A stretch of 64,000 nt of DNA, taken from NCBI RefSeq assembly GCF_009914755.1, contig NC_060925.1. One strand, given 5' to 3'. This DNA comes from the human T2T-CHM13v2.0 reference genome, Homo sapiens. The number at the start of each line of letters is the position of its first letter. Position 1 is the stretch's first letter. A model generated the notes under the pieces. It saw only the letters and a list, made by a program, of their open reading frames with translations, was not told where the DNA came from and searched no databases. Both the position numbers and the translations under genes were made by a program. Below are positions 54,988-64,000 of the stretch, one piece after another.

Positions 54988-56001
54988 TTACAATTTGGTA
55001 TGTTTTTGCAGTGGGTGGTACCAGTTTTTCCTTTCCATATTTAGTGCTTCTTTCAGGAGCTCCTGTAAGGCAGGGCTGGTGATGACAAAAATCTCTCAGC
55101 ATTTGATTGTCTGTAAAGAACTTTATTTCTCCTTCGCTTATGAAGCTTAGTTTGGCTGGATATAAAATTCTGGGTTGAAAATTCTTTTCTTTAAGAGTGT
55201 TGAATATTGGCCCCCACTCTCTTCTGGCTTGTAGGGTTTCTGCAGAGAAATCAGCTGTTAGTCTGATGGGCTTCCCTTTGTGGGTAACCCGACCTTTCTC
55301 TCTGGCTGCCTTAACATTATTTCCTTCATTTCAAACTTGGTGAATCTGACGATTATGTGTCGTGGGGTTGCTCTTTTCAAGGAGTATCTTTGTGGTGTTC
55401 TCTGTATTTCCTGAATTTGAATGTTGGCCTGTCTTCCTAGGTTGGGAAAGTTCTCCTGGATAATATCCTGAAGAATGTTTTCCAGCTTGGCTCCATTCTG
55501 CTTGTCACTTTCAGGTACACCAATCAAATGTAGGATTGGTCTTTTCACATAGTCTCATATTTCTTGGAGGTTTTGTTTTTTCCTTTTCATTATTTTTTCT
55601 CTAATCTTGTCTTCACACTTTATTTCATTAGGGTGATCTTCAATCTCTGATATCCTTTCTTCTACTTGATCGATTCAGCTATTGATACTTGTGTATACTT
55701 CACGAAGTTCTCATCCTGTGTTTTTCAGCTCCATCAGGTCATTTATGTTCTTCTCTAAACTGGTTATTCTAGTTAGCAATTCCTCTAACCTTTTTGCAAG
55801 GTTCTTAGCTTCCTTGCATTGCTCCTTTAGCTCAGAGAAGTTTGTTATTCCCCACCTTCTGAAGCCTACTTCTGTCAATTCGACAAACTCATTCTCCCTC
55901 CAGTTTTGTTCCCTTGCTGGTGAGGAGTTGTGATCCTTTGGAGGAGAAGAAGTATTCTGGTTTTTGGAATTTTCAGCCTTTTTGCACTGGTTTTTCCTCA
56001 T
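54988..56001 (-). pseudogene. L1 ORF1p, disrupted
   Basis: MRKNQ..KNINDLMELKN and LIGVPESD..IIQENFPNL..ATPRHIIVRF fragments. Confidence 0.9.
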
Positions 56002-56702
56002 CTTCATGGATTTATCTACCTTTGGTGTTTGATGTTGGTGACCTTCGGATGGGGTTTTTGTGTGGACATACTTTTTGTTGATATTGATGCTATTCCTTTC
56101 TGTTTGTTAGTTTTCGTTAAAATAGTCAGGCCCTTCTGCTGCAGGTCTGCTGGAGTTTGCTGGAGGTCCACTCTAGACCCTGTTTGCCTGGGTATCACCA
56201 GCAGAGGCTGCAGAACAGCAAAGAATGCTGCCTGTTCCTTCCTCTGGAAGCTTTGTCTCAGAGGGGCACCTGCCAGATGCCAGCCAGAGCTCTCCCGTAT
56301 GAAGCGTCTGTTGATCCCTGCTGGGAGGTGTCTCCCAGTCAGGAGGCATGGGGGTCCGGGACCCACTTGAGGAGGTAGTCTGTTTCTTAGCAGAGCTCGA
56401 GCACTGTGCTGGGAGATCCACTGCTCTCTTCAGAGCCAGCAGGCAGGAACGTTTAGGTCTGCTGAAACTGCGCCCAGAGCCACCCCTTCCCCCAGATGCT
56501 CTGTCCCAGGGAGTTTTATCTATAAGCGCCTGACTGGGGGTGCTGCCTTTCTTTCAAAGATGTCCTGACCAGAGAGGAGGAATCTAGAGAGGCAGTCTGG
56601 CCACAGTGGCTTTGCTGAGCTGTAGTGGGCTCCACCCAGTTCAAACTTCCCAGAGGCGTTGTTTACACTGTGAGGGGAAAACCGCCTACTCAAGCCTCAG
56701 TT

Positions 56703-56858
56703 ATGGCGGATGCCTCTCCCCCAACCAAACTCGAGTGTCCCAGGTCGACTTCAGGCTGCTGTGCTGGCAGCGAGAATTTCAAGACAGTGGATCTTAGCTT
56801 GCTGGGCTCCATGGGGGTGGGATCCACTGAGCTAGACCACTTGGCTCCCTGGCTTTAG
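56703..56858 (+). other. ORF0-homologous antisense ORF in the L1 5'UTR (51 aa)
   Basis: MADASPP..SGCCAGS..SMGVGSTE resembles the primate L1 ORF0 N-terminus as recalled (MAGAPPP..SDCCASN..SVGVGPSE). ATG context gttATGG. Confidence 0.55.
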
Positions 56859-57914
56859 TCCCCTTTCCAGGGGAGTGAATGGTTCTGTCTTGCTGGCATT
56901 CCAGGCACCACTGCGGTATGAAAAAAAACTCCTGCAGCTAGCTCAGTGTCTGCCCAAACGGCCATCCAGTTTTTTGCTTGAAAACCAGAGCCCTGGTGAT
57001 GCAGACACCCGAGGGAATCTCCTGATCCATGGGTTGCGAAGACCATGGGAAAAGCGTAGTATCTGGGCTGGAATGCACCGTTCCTCAAGGCACAGTCCTT
57101 CATGGCTTCCCTTAGCTAGGAGAGGGAGTTCCCCCAATCCCTTGTACTTCCTGGGTGAGGCAACGCCCCACCCTGCTTCGGCTCACCTTCCGTGGGCTGC
57201 ATCCACTGTCTAATCAGTACCAATGAGATGAGCTGGGTACCTCAGTTGGAAATGGAGAAATCACTGCCTTCTGTGTTGATCTTGCTGGGAGCTGCAGACT
57301 GGAGCTGTTCCTATTCAGCCATCTTGTCGGCCGCCCACTTGTTATTGTATTTTTAAGAAATATTTTCCATCCACAGTTGGCTGAATCCTTGGAACAGAGG
57401 GCTGACTATAATAACTATTGTTGTTATCCAAAGCCTCAGAGCTGTCCTTGAATCCCCTATTCCTTACCTCTGCAAGTACCTCTTTTGACTTACTTCAAAA
57501 TTAAGTCTAAATCCAGCCAGGGTTTGGCATGTCTATTGCTGCCACTCTAGTGCATGCCACCTGGATTCCTGTAATTGTTCTCCTGGCTTCCACTCTTGGT
57601 CCCTGCAGTCCCCACCAAGCAGGCAGTCATCTTGATCTTCAGATGGCTAAATCAGAGCATGACACTGAATGAAAAACCCAAGCCCTTCCCCAGGATCTGC
57701 AAGAACTGAGCCCTTCTGGTCTCTCCACCTGTGTGTTGATCAGCTCCAGCCACAGTAGCCTTCTTGCTGTTCCTAGAATGGACCACGCTTGCTCTTACCA
57801 CAGGGCCTGTGCACTTGCCAATTCCTCCATTTTCCTGCCAGGATGCGGTCAAGGCTGTCCCATTCTCATGACTCACACTTCAGCTCACACATCCCTTCCT
57901 CAAAGCAGGCTTTA

Positions 57915-58236
57915 TTTTTAAAAAATGTTTATTTATTTATTATTTTTATTTTTTGAGATGGAGTTTCACTTTGTCACCTAGGCTGGAGTACAGTGGTATG
58001 ATCTCGGCTCACTGCAACCTCCGCCTCCCGGGTTCAAGTGATCCTCTCACTTCAGCCTCCTGAGTAGCTAGGATTAGAGGTGCCCGCCACCAAGCCTGGC
58101 TACTTTTTGTGTTTTAGGAGAGATTGGGTTTCATCATGTTGGCCAGGCTGGTCTTGAACGCCTGACCTCAGGGGGTCCACCCTCCTCTGCCTCCCAAAGT
58201 GCTGGGATTACAGGCATGAGCCACTGCGCCTCACCT
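57915..58236 (-). mobile_element. AluS inside an L2
   Basis: TSD aagcaggctttta. Confidence 0.9.
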
Positions 58237-59254
58237 AAGCAGGCTTTTATGACCCCCTTTTCAATGTTGCCCTCAACATATGGGCATCACTTTCTTCACA
58301 GCAGCATTTGAAATGATCATTTTTAGTGGTTTATGGTTTGATAGCTCCTATGAGGGGCATATCTTATCTATTTTGTTCAGCTTTATGTTCTCAGAGCCTA
58401 GAGAGCGTGCCTAGAAAATACTTACAGGTATCATACATATTTTGCTAAATGAATGAATAAAGTTATGACTGCTATTATTGTAACTTCTTTTCTTTTTCAA
58501 CAAGCATACCCTGAGGTATTGTAACTCCTTAAAATGTCTGCAGTAAGCTAAAAGCAAATGGTAGGTTTCAAAACAGTATGGCACCATTTTCCCTTTTCTA
58601 AAATTTTGTTTCCAAAAACATATGCACACACATATCCATGTTTACACATACAGATGCATATAATATACATAACACACACGTACATTATACATACCCAAAT
58701 GTATATACAAACATCTATAAGGGGATACATCAAAATATTAATATTTTTCTTTACAATCAAGATACATATGTTTTAAAATCAGAAATAATCTATAAAACAA
58801 TTTCCATTTCAAAAACATCAAAGTTAAAACAATGTTTTTGATAAAGAAAACAAACAACAGGAAAAGGAGAATGTCCTAGGACCTCAGCTTAAGCCAATGA
58901 ACAGCACCTTTCATTTTATTTCCAAATTCCTGACAGCCAAAGGGGTCTTGTGCTGCTCCCAGACATCACACGTGCTGGTCTGGAGAGACATGGTCTTTCC
59001 TGATGTTCAGCTCCGGGAGGAACAGAGCGAGCATGGGAATGTTGAGATAAAGGGCGTTGTGCAACATGGTGAACAATGTCCTCAGCTTCGTCAGTGACAC
59101 TGACACATTCTTCAATAACTATTTGTCACATCCACCCTCTATAAAAACCAGGGTATAACATCAAATCACAACTCAGCAAAGATATTTTTGCATGTGACAA
59201 AACTTAAGTGCTTGCATACATTGCCCAACTCGTGGATGGAATCACAGGCTCTTA

Positions 59255-59510
59255 TATAATGCTGACAGCATGCCAGGCTGTGTTCTAAGTGCTTTACATA
59301 TATTAACTGGTTTAATTATCCTATTAACCGTAGGAGATGGGCACTGTCATATTGCCATCATCATACCCATTTTACAGATGAATAAACTAGGTACAGAAAA
59401 GTTAAGCAACATGCCTAAGGTCATACAGCTAGTCAATGGTAAAGCTGAGATTTGAACCCACGCAGGCTGGCTCTGGCACTCTGGGCTCCTTACCACTAAG
59501 CAACACTGCC
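59255..59510 (-). mobile_element. MIR, near full length (one of dozens of MIR fragments in the window)
   Basis: ctaagtgctttaca..cccattttacagatga..aaggtcatacagctagt..gatttgaaccca. Confidence 0.8.
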
Positions 59511-60151
59511 CCCCAAAAACCAGGGGCCTGGGGCAGTTACGCATTCCTTTCGACTCACACTGACTTGTCTTCTTGTCCACCCAGATATTTTGACATTCGA
59601 TTAATTTAATCAGCCTAGCCAGGCATATTCCATATGGCATCATTCTTCAATTAAGCATGGCTAAAGGCAACTGGCTTGTAGGCTTGGCACAGTAGTTTAG
59701 AATGGCAGGAATGTGTGTTTTGGGGGCAGATTGCCTAGGGTTTGAATCACAGCTCTAGCGCTTTTAGCTGTGTAACAGGAAATGTAACTGTTCCAAGCCT
59801 CAGTTATATCATCTAGAAAGTGAAAGAACTAACACTGACGTCTTATTGGGGTTGTGGAGATGAAAGGCTATCATCAGTATGAATGTGTCTGTCCTAATAC
59901 CCAATTCTGTTGAGAAGGTATGTGATAAAAATTAGCTATTGAGAGGCGAAGCCCACCAGCCATTCATTTATTCAGTTTCCTCTTCCATAAAATGGGGAAT
60001 AATCATATTTACTTCGTAGGGTCGTTCGAGTGATTTAATCCAATAATGAATGTACAGTGCTTAGCACATGTACTATCCGTGCTTAAAAGTCAGTTATCAT
60101 TGTTGTCATCACTTGCTGCTAGTATAACAAGGTGGGCAAGAGTGGAGGCTT

Positions 60152-60450
<299 letters not shown>

Positions 60451-61195
60451 ATTGGGGGCCCTTCAAAGTCACCCAAGCTGGGCTAAAACCATGGATTCCG
60501 GGGCAGGTTACATCATCTTTCTAAACCTCACTTTCCTCATCTGAGAAATGGGATAATAACAGTCCAAATGTGACAATGGGTGTAATGCTTTGGCATGCTG
60601 CCCGGCAATTAAGCCCTTAGCTACTATTCTCTCTAATGTATGTTTACTGGCTGCCCACTTGGTCCTAAGCACCTGTCCCTCTTGGGCAGGAGTGGGCTGA
60701 TTCTCCAGCTGAGGAGTCCTGGGCTGGGGTCAAGGGTCTCCATTTGAGGATCCTTGGCTTATAGACCATCTGGTCCATGGCTGACACACATACCACACTA
60801 GAATGACCAGCTGCCCCCAGGAAAGCGAGCCTGGGTCCTGGCAGAGTGGGTGGGTGGAAGACAAGCTGTCTCAAAGCTCAGAAATGAGCACGTCCTAATG
60901 CCTCTGAGCTTGGCAGTCACCTTTGGGAAGCTGATACCCACCTTCAGGGCCAGACACCCAGTCCCAAGTCCTGGCCTGAGGGCCAGGGGAAGCTCTGGTC
61001 TTGCCAGCATCCCGAGCAGTCGCTTTGTGCCTGAACAGAGCTTCCTTTGTGTGGTGGCAGCAGCAGATAACTGCTCCTGGGTGGCAGGTTACTCACTGAA
61101 GTGCAATCCCTGATTTACTAACTGGAGCAATTGCTAGGCTGTGCCAGCAAGGCTACCGTGTTGGCCTCCAGGGGCAGGTGCCACAAGGGCTGTCA

Positions 61196-61644
<449 letters not shown>

Positions 61645-61894
61645 TCAAGCTAATGGATCTAAAGTTTTTCTGGTGCTAACGGCAACCCCGCCCAGCAGGA
61701 ATTATCATCTGTACTTTGTAGATGAGGAAACTGAGGCTCAGAGAAGTCGAAGTTAAGCAAGTGGCCCAAAGGACCTCAGCCAATCCAAAAGCCTTTCTTG
61801 CTGCCCAGTCCTGACATCCCTGGTGGTGGTGAAAACAGGGGAAGCCTGAGGGTACTGATTAATCACCACCGTTTAATCTCGTTGAAAGCAGTTA

Positions 61895-61973
61895 TTAAGT
61901 TGGTGCAAAAGTAATTGCGGTTCTTGCCATTACTTTTAATGGCAAAAACTCGTCAACTTTTGCACCAACCTAA
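61895..61973. mobile_element. MADE1 (Hsmar1-derived mariner MITE)
   Basis: 79-bp near-palindrome ttaagttggtgcaaaagtaattgcgg...ttttgcaccaacctaa with TA on both sides. Confidence 0.92.
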
Positions 61974-62229
61974 TACCATGTGGCAGGCACAGGGTCAAGC
62001 AATGAGTGTGTATGGTCTCCTTCCATCTCAACATCACCTCCCCTGAGAGAGATGTCATTATTCCTCCTAACAGAGGAGAAAACTGAGACCCATGGAGGTT
62101 ACTTGTGTGATCCCACAGCTGCTAAGTGGCAGAACCAGAATTTGAACCCACATTTCTCTGTGAGTAAGACAGATGGTGAATTATTACCACATATTGATTG
62201 AAGCAGGAGTTGGTAACATGACAAGTCTT

Positions 62230-63860
<1,631 letters not shown>

Positions 63861-64000
63861 AGCACCTCTTTCTCCAGATGGATACAGTTCCTTGCCAAGA
63901 CTCACCGCTTAGCAAGCAGAGCACAGCCTGCCCAACGATCCATGGTGGCTGTGCTTCAGGTCTCCATTGTGCCTACTGGGCAAGATGAACAGGAGCCAGC

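Noticed and set aside
58897-59097. 66-aa ORF or terminal coding exon
   Set aside because: No homology recognised and no convincing splice context.

Overview
Primate (almost certainly human) non-coding genomic DNA dominated by interspersed repeats: about 45 Alus (J, S, Y and one Yd-type), many MIR and L2 fragments, a full-length L1PA7-like LINE-1 (50576-57338, minus), a near full-length Tigger1 (8443-11100, minus), MaLR/ERVL solo LTRs, hAT and mariner MITEs, and microsatellites. I recognise no intact protein-coding exon, RNA gene or CRISPR array. Nearly every ORF in the track is Alu-, L1-, Tigger- or microsatellite-derived. I see no evidence of a new biological system. The most informative signals are rearrangement scars: (i) a 253-bp piece of an ancient L2 copied from 2 kb away into an AluS that itself sits in a MER20, (ii) small template-switch (direct-inverted-direct) structures at 32.5 kb and 51.1 kb, and (iii) repeated insertion at the same spot of two MER2 elements. 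A largely non-repetitive island at 35-37.4 kb retains CpGs and carries three CCAAT boxes and splice-like signals; it may be a lncRNA promoter or a decayed gene. Subfamily calls come from recalled consensus motifs, and coordinates of old repeats are approximate. The many short MIR/L2 fragments are not all listed.
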